Positions 8,439-17,884 of a DNA stretch of 40,565 nt are shown here, one piece after another; within the stretch, counting starts at the first letter, position 1, and every line of letters starts with the position of its first letter. This DNA is from Phocaeicola dorei. Its GTDB lineage: Bacteria > Bacillota_I > Bacilli_A > RFN20 > CAG-288. The position numbers were made by a program, and so were the translations under genes. The notes under the pieces are model-generated. The model made no database searches, was not told the origin of the DNA, and worked only from the letters and a program-made list of their open reading frames with translations. The stretch covers positions 1-40,565 of the forward strand of contig CAVFIT010000050.1 of assembly GCA_963622735.1 (NCBI GenBank), in the 5' to 3' direction.

Positions 8439-10133
8439 TTAGTCCTCACTTCCTTTTAAAGAGGTGTTAAATGCATCTCTTAAACCGTTACCAAATAAGT
8501 TAAAGCAAATCATTAATAAAGAAATAATAATTGCTGGGAATAATAATACATGTGGGTTAAGATCTAATCCAGCTGATTGACCTTCAGAAAGTAATGTACC
8601 AATAGAAGAAATACCAGAAGATGTTAAATCAATAATACCTAAATAAGATAATGTAGATTCAGAGAAGATAACACTAGGAATCATTAATACTGTAGAAGTA
8701 ACTAATGTACCAATAGCGTTAGGTAAAATATGTTTAAAGATCAATCTAGAATCTTTAGCACCTAATGTTCTACTAGCTAGTACATATTCTTGGCCTTTAA
8801 ATCTATAAAATTGCATTCTTGTAGTAGAAGCAACACCAACCCATCCGTTATACACAAACGCAATCAGCAACGCCAATACAGTAATACCTGCACTACCTAG
8901 ACTACCTTTTAAAGATAAGTTATTAGTAAATTGAATAGAACAAATAGTTAAGATAATTAAAGAAGGAACATTAGAAATAATATCTGTAATTCTTTCCATA
9001 ATTAAATCTGTTGTACCACCATAATAACCAGAAATAGCACCCCAAATTAAACCGATAATAAAGTTAATTAAAGAAACCCCTATACCTAAGCCTAATGAGA
9101 ATAAAGCACCAATAGCAAGTCTAGAGAAAATATCTTGACCTTGGCCATTAGCACCAAATGTCATATATGGTGTCATATTATATTTATATGTAAAGTAATC
9201 AAAATAATCTACTCTTAATTCATATTGTTGACCACTATTTAATTCAGCATAGATGTAATTACCATTACTGTCTTTTTGATATAAGCTAACTACTTTACCA
9301 TTTTCTGTAACAGGAACATATCTATTTGAGTTATAATCACCATTTGATTTTTTATAAGCGGCCATTTTATACCAAACATTAGAATTGTTTTGATAATATG
9401 TTGTTAATTTATCTTTAATTTCACCAATAACAGATTCACCAACACCTTCTTCAGTTAATTGTTGAATATATTCATCAATATATTCAGTATAACCAACTAA
9501 AGGTTTAATAAGAGATTTACTATCTACTTTATAAGATGATTTATCACTAGAAGTGTATGTTAATAAGCCTTTAGCTTGTTGATCATCTAATAATTTTTGA
9601 TATTCGTCTGCACTTAAATAAATAATCTTATTACCAACAGCATAGGTATCTCTTCTAATATTGTAACTTGTAGTAACACTAGAACCTACTCTAGTAGAAG
9701 TTGTAGATAATAATTTAGCTACTTGGTGATTAGAATCATCATTAACATATGTTGTATAAACAGCTTCAGAAACAGATTCATCTTTACTACCATCCCAAAA
9801 GCCAGTACCTTTAAATAATCCACAATAAGGAGTTACATATGCAAATCTTGCATCTTTAAAACCAGATGAAAATTCTGAATAAGATTGAGCTCTATATCCT
9901 TTTGAAGAAGCAAAAGGTACAATAATAGCATATAAAACGATAATTAAAATAATTACGCTAGCGACTATACTAGATTTATTTTTACAAAATCTATTAAAGC
10001 AGTCTCTAATATAACTTACAGGTTTAGTTTCAAAAGCTTGATCGTGTAAATTTTCTTCATTTAAAGCGAGAGTTAAATTTTCACTAGGAATAGATTCAAT
10101 ATTCATACTAGTATTATTTTTAATGTCTTCCAT
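8439..10133 (-). CDS. oppC: Oligopeptide ABC transporter permease OppC, with a large extracytoplasmic loop after TM1
   Basis: 564 aa. TM1 VASVIILIIVLYAIIVPF, then about 260 hydrophilic residues, then a typical BPD_transp_1 core (YYGGTTDLIMERITDIISNVPSLIIL; ASRTLGAKDSRLIFKHILPN). Confidence 0.85.
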   Translation of the reverse strand: MEDIKNNTSMNIESIPSENLTLALNEENLHDQAFETKPVSYIRDCFNRFCKNKSSIVASVIILIIVLYAIIVPFASSKGYRAQSYSEFSSGFKDARFAYVTPYCGLFKGTGFWDGSKDESVSEAVYTTYVNDDSNHQVAKLLSTTSTRVGSSVTTSYNIRRDTYAVGNKIIYLSADEYQKLLDDQQAKGLLTYTSSDKSSYKVDSKSLIKPLVGYTEYIDEYIQQLTEEGVGESVIGEIKDKLTTYYQNNSNVWYKMAAYKKSNGDYNSNRYVPVTENGKVVSLYQKDSNGNYIYAELNSGQQYELRVDYFDYFTYKYNMTPYMTFGANGQGQDIFSRLAIGALFSLGLGIGVSLINFIIGLIWGAISGYYGGTTDLIMERITDIISNVPSLIILTICSIQFTNNLSLKGSLGSAGITVLALLIAFVYNGWVGVASTTRMQFYRFKGQEYVLASRTLGAKDSRLIFKHILPNAIGTLVTSTVLMIPSVIFSESTLSYLGIIDLTSSGISSIGTLLSEGQSAGLDLNPHVLLFPAIIISLLMICFNLFGNGLRDAFNTSLKGSED

Positions 10134-11176
10134 TATTTTTTACCTCCCATTCTAATTCTAGGGTCAACAAAGCCATATGATAAATCTACAATTAATGAGC
10201 CGACTAATCCAATCAAAACATAGAACATAGCGACAAATTGGAATACATCATAGTCTCTAGTTTGAATTGATTGTAAGAATAAAGAACCAACACCATTAAC
10301 AGCAAAGATGTTTTCAATAATCATTGAACCAGATAATACTGAAATAATTTCACCTAAAATCATTGGAAAAATAGGTACTAAAGAGTTTCTCATAGCATGT
10401 CTAATAGTAGCTTGACCTCTTGATAAACCTTTAGTTCTAGCTAATAACATAAAATCTGAAGTTAAAACTTCTGTTAATTCAGCTCTAGTATATCTAGCAA
10501 AACCAGCGATAGAGCCAAATGACATAGATAAAACAGGTAAAATCATTGATAAGAACATACTAGGTTCAAACCATGAGTTATTAAATGTCGCTCTAATAGC
10601 AGGTAAACATTTTAATTTATATGCAAATATATATTGTAATAAGAAAGCATAGACAAATGAAGGAACAGAAATAAATAACATAACAACTACTGATAAGAAG
10701 TTATCTTGCCATTTATTCTTTTTCAAAGCCATATAAATACCAAGTCCTAATCCTAAAGGAATAGAAATAATCATGGAATAAATATTAATTAAAATAGTTG
10801 GAGGTAATTGTCTTCCTAAGACTTCTAAAGGTGAAGTTAACCATGCGATTTTCCATGAATAGCCCCATCTAGATAATTCATGAACAGTACCATCACTACC
10901 CACGTATGTTGTTGGTACAAATAAATTCTTAATAAATGTGCCTAATTGTTGTAAAACTGGAACATTATAATAATTTCCATCACTGCCTTTATACATTCTA
11001 CCCATAGAAACTTGTGTAATGTAGAACATCTCAGGATCTTTACCAGGTGCATCTGCAGCTGTAATTGGTAACATTCTTACCAAAATGAAACACAAAATAA
11101 AGATAATTACAAAGGTCACAACAAGCAGTAGCAAACGCTGACCAATGTACTTTAGCATTTGTTTTAAATCTCTCAT
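10133..11176 (-). CDS. oppB: Oligopeptide ABC transporter permease OppB
   Basis: Canonical OppB N-terminus MLKYIGQRLL and EAA-type loop LARTKGLSRGQATIRHAMRNSL. The ORF-track start at 11194 is a TTG. I prefer the first ATG (11176, MRDLKQMLKY...); the ATG at 11158 is also possible. The stop overlaps the oppC start by 1 nt. Confidence 0.8.
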   Translation of the reverse strand: MRDLKQMLKYIGQRLLLLVVTFVIIFILCFILVRMLPITAADAPGKDPEMFYITQVSMGRMYKGSDGNYYNVPVLQQLGTFIKNLFVPTTYVGSDGTVHELSRWGYSWKIAWLTSPLEVLGRQLPPTILINIYSMIISIPLGLGLGIYMALKKNKWQDNFLSVVVMLFISVPSFVYAFLLQYIFAYKLKCLPAIRATFNNSWFEPSMFLSMILPVLSMSFGSIAGFARYTRAELTEVLTSDFMLLARTKGLSRGQATIRHAMRNSLVPIFPMILGEIISVLSGSMIIENIFAVNGVGSLFLQSIQTRDYDVFQFVAMFYVLIGLVGSLIVDLSYGFVDPRIRMGGKK

Positions 11177-11196
11177 TTTTCTTCTCTCTTCCAATT

Positions 11197-11225
11197 AAAA
11201 AACTTCATAAACTAAAGTTTATGAA
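11197..11225 (-). terminator. Intra-operon hairpin (attenuator/partial terminator) just upstream of the oppB RBS
   Basis: Perfect 9-bp stem TTCATAAAC (11204-11212) / GTTTATGAA (11217-11225) with a 4-nt loop, followed on the minus strand by GTTTTTT. The stem is AT-only, so it is weak. Confidence 0.4.
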
Positions 11226-11281
11226 AATATAATACTATTAAATGATAAATTTTTAAAGTATTTTAGATAAACTTTTAAATT

Positions 11282-11321
11282 AAAAAGAGCCTAATAACTT
11301 ATTTTTTGTTATTAAGCCCTT
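11282..11321 (-). terminator. Intra-operon terminator-like hairpin after oppA
   Basis: Imperfect inverted repeat GAGCCTAATAAC (11287-11298) / GTTATTAAGCCC (11308-11319). It has a 7-bp perfect core plus GC pairs beyond one mismatch, and is followed on the minus strand by TTTTT (complement of A11282-11286). Confidence 0.45.
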
Positions 11322-11357
11322 ATTTAAATCAAATATTCGAAAAATTTCGATTATTTT

Positions 11358-14051
11358 TTATTCTTCAGCGTTTTTGTATAATGTGGATAAATCGCCACCT
11401 TGTTTATTAACAAAATCGTTCCAACCACTATTAGTATAGTTAAATGTCATAAATCTAATTCCACCATAACCAACTAATGAGACATAGTTAGAAGAACCTT
11501 GTTCAACTTTGAATGATGTTAATGAAGAAGTACCTCTAGCAACAATAGGGATAGCTTCAAATCTAGAAATAATACCAGCTTCAAGACCAGCTAAGATAGT
11601 TAATTTCTTATCAGTAGATGTAGCTGAATCCATTTCTGTATACCATGTTTCAAATGATTTAGTTTCGCCCTCACTAATAACGCCATCACCATTAAGATCG
11701 ATATCTAATAAGACTTCGTTTTGTTTGCCTTTGAAACCATATTCACAACAAGAAGCAAAATCAGATTTACAATAGACTTCCATTAATCCATATGGGTTAA
11801 TTTGAGCACCACCCCAAATAGAGAAGATCATATCATAGTTACCATTTTTAGCAGAATCATAATAGTTTTCATCTTTAACTGTTGAAACTTCAATTGAAAC
11901 ATTAGATCCTAATTTTTCGTTTGCACCTTTTACAACATTCTTCCAATATTCGTTTAATCTTGTATTAGCAGCAATTGTATTAGCGGAAGTATTATCATAA
12001 ACTCTAAATTCGATAGCAATTTTATCATTTTGAGTTAAATGACCTTCTTCAGTTGAATTAAATTCATCTTGGAAAGCTTTAGCAACATATTCAATAGCTA
12101 AGGCTTGGTTATAACCATAACTTGATTCAGGAAGTGCTTTATCTTCACCAATAGTTGTACCACCTAATTTACCATAAACTTGGTTATAAACAGATTTACC
12201 TTGTTCTGTGTCTCTATATTTTTTACCATGTTCAACATCAGAAAGATATAAATCGTTTAATAAACCTGTAAAGGCTTTAGAACCAGCAGTAGCTTGAGAA
12301 GCAAAGTCTTTTCTATTAAGAGATAAAGATAAACCTCTTCTAAAATCAGTATTAGCAAGAATGGTTTTATTACCAGAGCCCATACTTGTTTGTCTTTCTA
12401 ATAATTTACTTCTATTAGAGTTAAATGAAACTTTTGTTGTATATGATTCATAAACTGTTGTTAATCTACCAGAGTTACCAAAGTCTTTCATATCATCAGC
12501 AGTTAAATCAATATCATCTAACTTACCTTGTTTAAATAACATCATAGCTGTTGTATGATCAGTAATAATTTCAGTGTTTAAACCTGTCATTTGGAATTGA
12601 CCAACATGTTTACCATCATTCCAACCATACCAGTTTTCGTTTTTAACTAAGTTAATTGTCTTACCTGATTCATATTTTGATAATTTATAAGGACCAAAAG
12701 CCATATAGTTATCAATTGAATTTGTGGCATAACTTGTTTGCTTTGTACCATTAGCTTGAGTTGTGGTTAATTTTTCATATAAATCTGTTTTTACTAACCA
12801 GTTACTAGATAAGGCAAACTTTAAATTTAAATCAGTGATTTCTTTAGCAAGATAGAATCTAATTGTATAATCATCAACTTTAACTAAGCCGACATTATCC
12901 CATGTCTTTGTACTTGTGTTATAAACAGAAACATAAGACATGATTTTATAACCTTCTGTTTCACCCCATTTAGCTGTAATACCATATCTATTTAAACCAG
13001 TAACAATAGTATTCATATCAGCTATTAATTTTGCTTTAGAATACTCATCTGCATTTGTTCCTGTAATAGAAGAGTTATTAGCATCTTTTCTAACATAAAT
13101 TTTATTAGAATCAAATTCTTCAAAATCTATATCAGGATGATTTTCTAACATATCTTTACTAACTGAGTTAGCGCCTTCTTCTTTAGCTTTTTCCCAATCA
13201 GATTTATGTTCATCATAATAACCTTGATGTTTAGCATAATAAGAAGTATTAGAATAACCTTGTAATAAGAAAGATTTAACAGCATCTGTAATTCTACTAG
13301 CGGCTAAATTATTAGCTGCATTATCTGTAATCATACTTTGTTGGAATAATAAGTAAAGATTAGATGTAGATTCACTTGAACCAGAAGCATCATTGAAAAT
13401 ATTTTTAACCCAGTCATTTTCTCTACCAATATTTAAATAGTAGACATCATCTTGACATGAATTTTCATCAAATTCACCATTTGTTTTATCAACATGGTTA
13501 TAAGCAGATTCAACTGTAGATCTACCAGATTTAAAATAATCTTCAGCATTAGCAATAACTAAATTACCATTATAATAGCTATCAGCACGATAGTTAGCAT
13601 ATTTAGGATCAAGTTGAAGTTTCATAGATTCAACATAATCATCAGCTTTAATAGCAGTACCATCTTGCCATTTAGCGCTTTGATTTAATTTAATATCCCA
13701 AATTAAACCTTCACCAACGTTACCATTATAGTATTTAGAAAGTGTAGCATCATCAATAGTAGATGGATCAACTGCAATAGGCATTTCAGCAGCCATTTCA
13801 GTAACAATTTCATAACCATCTTTTGTGGAATTTAAAATTGTGTCATATAAACCCATTTCTGTGTAACTAGTGATATAAGATTCATCACTAGTTTCCCAGT
13901 TATGTGTGTTCCATGTTTTAGGATTTGTAGAAATGTAGGTATTATAAACATAATCACCTAAATTAGAACTTGTATTATTACAGCTAGCTAAGCTAGTTGT
14001 AGAACAAAATCCTAATACTGTTAATAACGCTAAATAAGATTTTCTTTTCAT
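11358..14051 (-). CDS. oppA: Oligopeptide-binding lipoprotein OppA (family-5 solute-binding protein, enlarged)
   Basis: 897 aa. Lipobox SLAS-C-NN. Family-5 SBP hallmarks include MAFGPYKLSKYESGKTINLVKNENWYGW. It sits directly upstream of oppBCDF and is about 350 aa longer than typical OppA proteins. Confidence 0.8.
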   Translation of the reverse strand: MKRKSYLALLTVLGFCSTTSLASCNNTSSNLGDYVYNTYISTNPKTWNTHNWETSDESYITSYTEMGLYDTILNSTKDGYEIVTEMAAEMPIAVDPSTIDDATLSKYYNGNVGEGLIWDIKLNQSAKWQDGTAIKADDYVESMKLQLDPKYANYRADSYYNGNLVIANAEDYFKSGRSTVESAYNHVDKTNGEFDENSCQDDVYYLNIGRENDWVKNIFNDASGSSESTSNLYLLFQQSMITDNAANNLAASRITDAVKSFLLQGYSNTSYYAKHQGYYDEHKSDWEKAKEEGANSVSKDMLENHPDIDFEEFDSNKIYVRKDANNSSITGTNADEYSKAKLIADMNTIVTGLNRYGITAKWGETEGYKIMSYVSVYNTSTKTWDNVGLVKVDDYTIRFYLAKEITDLNLKFALSSNWLVKTDLYEKLTTTQANGTKQTSYATNSIDNYMAFGPYKLSKYESGKTINLVKNENWYGWNDGKHVGQFQMTGLNTEIITDHTTAMMLFKQGKLDDIDLTADDMKDFGNSGRLTTVYESYTTKVSFNSNRSKLLERQTSMGSGNKTILANTDFRRGLSLSLNRKDFASQATAGSKAFTGLLNDLYLSDVEHGKKYRDTEQGKSVYNQVYGKLGGTTIGEDKALPESSYGYNQALAIEYVAKAFQDEFNSTEEGHLTQNDKIAIEFRVYDNTSANTIAANTRLNEYWKNVVKGANEKLGSNVSIEVSTVKDENYYDSAKNGNYDMIFSIWGGAQINPYGLMEVYCKSDFASCCEYGFKGKQNEVLLDIDLNGDGVISEGETKSFETWYTEMDSATSTDKKLTILAGLEAGIISRFEAIPIVARGTSSLTSFKVEQGSSNYVSLVGYGGIRFMTFNYTNSGWNDFVNKQGGDLSTLYKNAEE

Positions 14052-14073
14052 TATATTTTTTCTCTCCTTTTAA

Positions 14074-15963
14074 TTAGTAACCAATACCAGTTGTACCAAT
14101 ATTGGTAATATCAAATGCCCATCTAGCAACTGTATAGGTTCCACTACTTGCAGACCATAATAAGTTTACACCGACATGGAATTCAGTATAAGCTTTGTCA
14201 ACTTTAGTAAATGAAATAGTAACTTCAGATGTTAAATCAGCCATACAACCAGCTTCAAAATAAGGATATGACCAATCACCTAAGAAATTCATTTGATTAT
14301 ATGTACTAGAATTAATTAAACCAATGATAAAATCAGAACAATATTTACCACTATTTAATGTAACATTTGTTGTGTTTTTATTTACAACAGAACTAGCAAT
14401 ACCAGCACTTTCAAATTCAACATCTGCAACAGATCTAGCACTTACATAAGTAAATACATCTTTATCACCAAGACTAGATGTAGTTGTAGCAGGTTCATCT
14501 AATAATGAATAAGATGTGTCACCTTTACTAATATTTGTAATAACATCAACTTTTGTTGAATCTTCTGAATTTTTATTATAAAACACGTAACCTTTCTTAG
14601 ATTCGTCTTCTTGAGTAGGATCAGTTAAAACTGAACCAAAGCCAGAAACTAATGTTTCTTCAACTGCATCTTGAGTGAATTTCTTTTTAGCTACAGTAGG
14701 TGTTGCAAATCTAGGTAATAAATATGCCAAATTTTCAGGAGTATATCCATCAGGTAATTCACTTACTTCTTTATAATTACCAAATGTTCCTGTTTCATCA
14801 TCAACAGTAGCTGTAAACCAACCAAATGTTTCTTCAATAGTATAGTTTTTACCACTAGCAATTGCTTTTAATGCAGTATCAATACCTGGATCAGTAATAG
14901 GATCAGGTTGACCTGTTGTAGAAATATAATTTTCAACTGCAGCAATACCAACTTTATCACCTACTTCTAAAATAGAAGCACTTAATAAGCCTGTTTTTGT
15001 ACCTGAAGTAATATATGTGAATATAACTGGAGCTTCTGTAACAACTTTTTTACCATCTTGATCATAATAAGATACAGGTTGATAATCAATTTCAGCATTA
15101 CCAATACCATATCCAGCAGCTTTAATATTAGTTAAAGAATATCCTAAACCATATAAGATGAAATTTTCAGTAGCTTCACTAGTTAATTGTAATATTTCTT
15201 TTCCATCATCATCTTTTGTTGTAACTGCATCAGTAAGAGCGGAAATTGGGAAATCAGCACCAACATAGAAATCAGTTAATTCATTACCTGTAGGACCTTG
15301 TTGAACATTTAAATCAGTGCCAAATCTATCTGACATTGTATAGTAATAAACTTCACTATCTGCGCCAAGTAAGTATCCGATTTTAGCACTACTTTGTAAA
15401 AAGCCTACATATTGTTCATTATGGACTGTACCTGTTTGATTACCAACAAATCCATTATCGTCAATAATAAATCCATTACTATCTTCAGCAAGATCTTCTA
15501 CTGTGTAATTTTTTACAACATCCTTTGTTTCTTCATAGAATCTCTTCTTTAAAGCAGAAACACCTGTAATAGTTAAATTAGCTCTAACACCTTCAGCTTG
15601 AACACCATTTTGAATTCTTAAAGAAATAGTGCCTTCACTAGTAACAGTTAATTTATGACCTGCTAAGCTAGCATAGTCACTACCACCAGTAAGAGTAACT
15701 GTATAGTTATTATCACTAGGAGTTACTTGTTGAGAATTGACATCAAATAAATTGATGTAATCATCAATACTAATTGTAGAACCAATAGTGACAACTGTAT
15801 CAGCGCTTTTATTAATTGTAATTCTTTGAACTGTAGCATCTCCACTAGTTTGGGATGTAGATGTAGAAGTAGTTCCACTAGAAGTAGTTCCACCACAGCT
15901 TGTTAATGTAGTACCTGTTAATAATAATGCTACACATAAAGGTAAGATAACTTTCTTTTTCAT
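14074..15963 (-). CDS. Orphan surface lipoprotein with an N-terminal Ig-like (Big_2-like) domain
   Basis: 629 aa. Lipobox TLTS-C-GG and a Thr/Ser tether (TTSSGTTSTSTSQTS). The segment VTIGSTISIDDY...HKLTVTSEGTISLRIQ...ANLTITG resembles a bacterial Ig-like domain. I see no catalytic motif in the rest. AGGAGAG RBS, 22 nt upstream of oppA. Confidence 0.75.
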   Translation of the reverse strand: MKKKVILPLCVALLLTGTTLTSCGGTTSSGTTSTSTSQTSGDATVQRITINKSADTVVTIGSTISIDDYINLFDVNSQQVTPSDNNYTVTLTGGSDYASLAGHKLTVTSEGTISLRIQNGVQAEGVRANLTITGVSALKKRFYEETKDVVKNYTVEDLAEDSNGFIIDDNGFVGNQTGTVHNEQYVGFLQSSAKIGYLLGADSEVYYYTMSDRFGTDLNVQQGPTGNELTDFYVGADFPISALTDAVTTKDDDGKEILQLTSEATENFILYGLGYSLTNIKAAGYGIGNAEIDYQPVSYYDQDGKKVVTEAPVIFTYITSGTKTGLLSASILEVGDKVGIAAVENYISTTGQPDPITDPGIDTALKAIASGKNYTIEETFGWFTATVDDETGTFGNYKEVSELPDGYTPENLAYLLPRFATPTVAKKKFTQDAVEETLVSGFGSVLTDPTQEDESKKGYVFYNKNSEDSTKVDVITNISKGDTSYSLLDEPATTTSSLGDKDVFTYVSARSVADVEFESAGIASSVVNKNTTNVTLNSGKYCSDFIIGLINSSTYNQMNFLGDWSYPYFEAGCMADLTSEVTISFTKVDKAYTEFHVGVNLLWSASSGTYTVARWAFDITNIGTTGIGY

Positions 15964-15984
15964 AATTTATATTCTCCTTTTTTA

Positions 15985-17844
15985 TTATTCACCAGTTGAT
16001 GAACTTGTTGTATTAGCAATACTTGGGCTAATTGCTAAATAATAATAACTACTTGATTTTAAAACTGTACATTCAATAGAAATAGTTTTACTAACTCCAT
16101 TAATTGTTACATTTTTAGAATAAATACCTGTAGTTGTATCATATGCATATCCAGCATCTATAAACTTATCATTAATACTTGTAACCATATTTTTTAATTC
16201 AGTAGTAGAAGATGTTGAATATGTTAAATAGTATGTATATTCTTCAGTAGTTGAATCTTGTGTTCCATTAACACCATATGTAGGATAAACTCCACCTAAA
16301 GTAGGAACATATGTATCTAATACTTCTGCAGTCATACCTTCACCAAATATTTCTTCAGGTGTAGCAACACCAGTTTTAGTAGAATTATAATATCCACAAG
16401 AATCTTCCCATGAATCAGACCACTTTAACTCATCGCAGTTATTTTTAACTGGTAAGTTAATAACTGAACCTGTACTAACTTTATTAATATTAGAATAAGT
16501 AATTTTATCAACAATTGTCATTGGGAATGCATATGAAGTACTATATTGATAATAAGTTTCATATGTATTAGTAAATGAAATTGTAGGATTTGTAGGATCA
16601 CTATTATCTAAAGTAATTGTAAATCCATCAAAACTAAACGCTGTTTCAATAGGTGAATAGTTTTTAGAATATTCTTGAACTGGGAAGACATCATCTCTAA
16701 ATACATAAACTGATTTAGTTGATGTAGATTTACTAGTATCTTTTTTAAATAAGGCACTAGATAAAGAATATTCAGGGAAGAAATCTTCTTTTAATGTAAC
16801 ACCTGTTGTTTCAGATCCATCTTGATAGAAATTTTCTTTAACTTTACTAAGTTGAATAACACCACTTTTAGTAGTTTGCATAGCGCTAGTAGACATTAAT
16901 GCTTTACCACTATCGTCTACACTATAAGAATATAATATAAAGTCTTTACCATCAGTTTTACCATCATATTCATATGTAGCAGATTGAGATTCTGTTTCTG
17001 AATATGTAATTGAAGCTTGTCTAGTAGAAACAAATTCAAAATTACAAGCTTGTAATGATTTAATAGCTGCATCTAAAGTTGCATCAGTGTCAGTTAATAC
17101 TGTAGGTAAGCTAGTTAAATTATCACCAAACTTAGTAAATTTACCACTGACACTAACATCTACATTAGCACCACTTGATGTAGTAGCTGCTTCATAAGTA
17201 ACATTACAACTAATAACATTATTTTCAACTGAGAAAGTACAAGCTTTAGCCTCAACAGATAATCCACCACTTAAGTTAACACCAAGTGCAATTAAAGCTT
17301 CTTTTTGGCTAGAAGAAACAGTTCTTAATTTAAATCCGCTTACTGCTTTTGTAAAATCGTCAATAGTAAGATTTGTAAATGGATTAATAAAACTTGTGTT
17401 ATCCCAACTAAGAGGTTTACCTGTAGATGCAGAAGTAAGAACTTTATTCTTAATTTGATTGTCTAAACCTAAATAAGTACTACAAGCATAACCAAGTTTA
17501 TTTTTTGTGTAATAAACTTTATCATATGCTGTATCTTTTGTAGGAACATCTCCAGTAGATGCAACAGGTTCATAACTAATAGAATTATAAACTCCATCAC
17601 TAATAGAAACATCGTTGAGATATTTTGAAACTGAACTGCCTGATTTTAAAAGTACAGTAGCTTCAAATAAATAATTTTGTTTCAATTGAGCTAAATAGGA
17701 TTCAAAGACAGCAACATCAGAATCTACACTAGAAGTAGAAGAAGATGTGGTAGAAGAAGTAGAATTTGAGTTATTTTGACCACCACAACTTGTTAATGTT
17801 ACGCCTAATAAAGCCAAAGCAATAATAGACTTAAATTTTTTCAT
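15985..17844 (-). CDS. Orphan surface lipoprotein, first gene of the opp transcription unit
   Basis: 619 aa. Lipobox TLTS-C-GG and a Ser/Thr tether (NNSNSTSSTTSSSTSS). The composition is beta-rich and Thr/Ser/Tyr-rich, with no motif I can assign. AGGAGAA RBS. Confidence 0.75.
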   Translation of the reverse strand: MKKFKSIIALALLGVTLTSCGGQNNSNSTSSTTSSSTSSVDSDVAVFESYLAQLKQNYLFEATVLLKSGSSVSKYLNDVSISDGVYNSISYEPVASTGDVPTKDTAYDKVYYTKNKLGYACSTYLGLDNQIKNKVLTSASTGKPLSWDNTSFINPFTNLTIDDFTKAVSGFKLRTVSSSQKEALIALGVNLSGGLSVEAKACTFSVENNVISCNVTYEAATTSSGANVDVSVSGKFTKFGDNLTSLPTVLTDTDATLDAAIKSLQACNFEFVSTRQASITYSETESQSATYEYDGKTDGKDFILYSYSVDDSGKALMSTSAMQTTKSGVIQLSKVKENFYQDGSETTGVTLKEDFFPEYSLSSALFKKDTSKSTSTKSVYVFRDDVFPVQEYSKNYSPIETAFSFDGFTITLDNSDPTNPTISFTNTYETYYQYSTSYAFPMTIVDKITYSNINKVSTGSVINLPVKNNCDELKWSDSWEDSCGYYNSTKTGVATPEEIFGEGMTAEVLDTYVPTLGGVYPTYGVNGTQDSTTEEYTYYLTYSTSSTTELKNMVTSINDKFIDAGYAYDTTTGIYSKNVTINGVSKTISIECTVLKSSSYYYLAISPSIANTTSSSTGE

Positions 17845-17884
17845 GTTTATTGATTCTCCTTTTTAATCGAATAAAATCGATAAT

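Noticed and set aside
8242-8449. Two short ORFs (66 aa on plus, 64 aa on minus) over the oppD start and oppC end
   Set aside because: Both overlap the conserved Walker-A-encoding 5' end of oppD. One is antisense and the other an off-frame read-through of the oppC/oppD junction. Neither has an RBS or a recognisable motif.
11332-11346. CodY-box-like sequence AATATTCGAAAAATT just after oppA
   Set aside because: It has three mismatches to AATTTTCWGAAAATT, including the central positions. It lies downstream of a stop codon rather than at a promoter, such matches are easy to find in AT-rich DNA, and the presence of CodY in this lineage is unknown.
11509-11775. 88-aa plus-strand ORF antisense to oppA
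   Set aside because: It is fully antisense to a conserved part of oppA, has no promoter or RBS, and a chance open frame is the simpler explanation.
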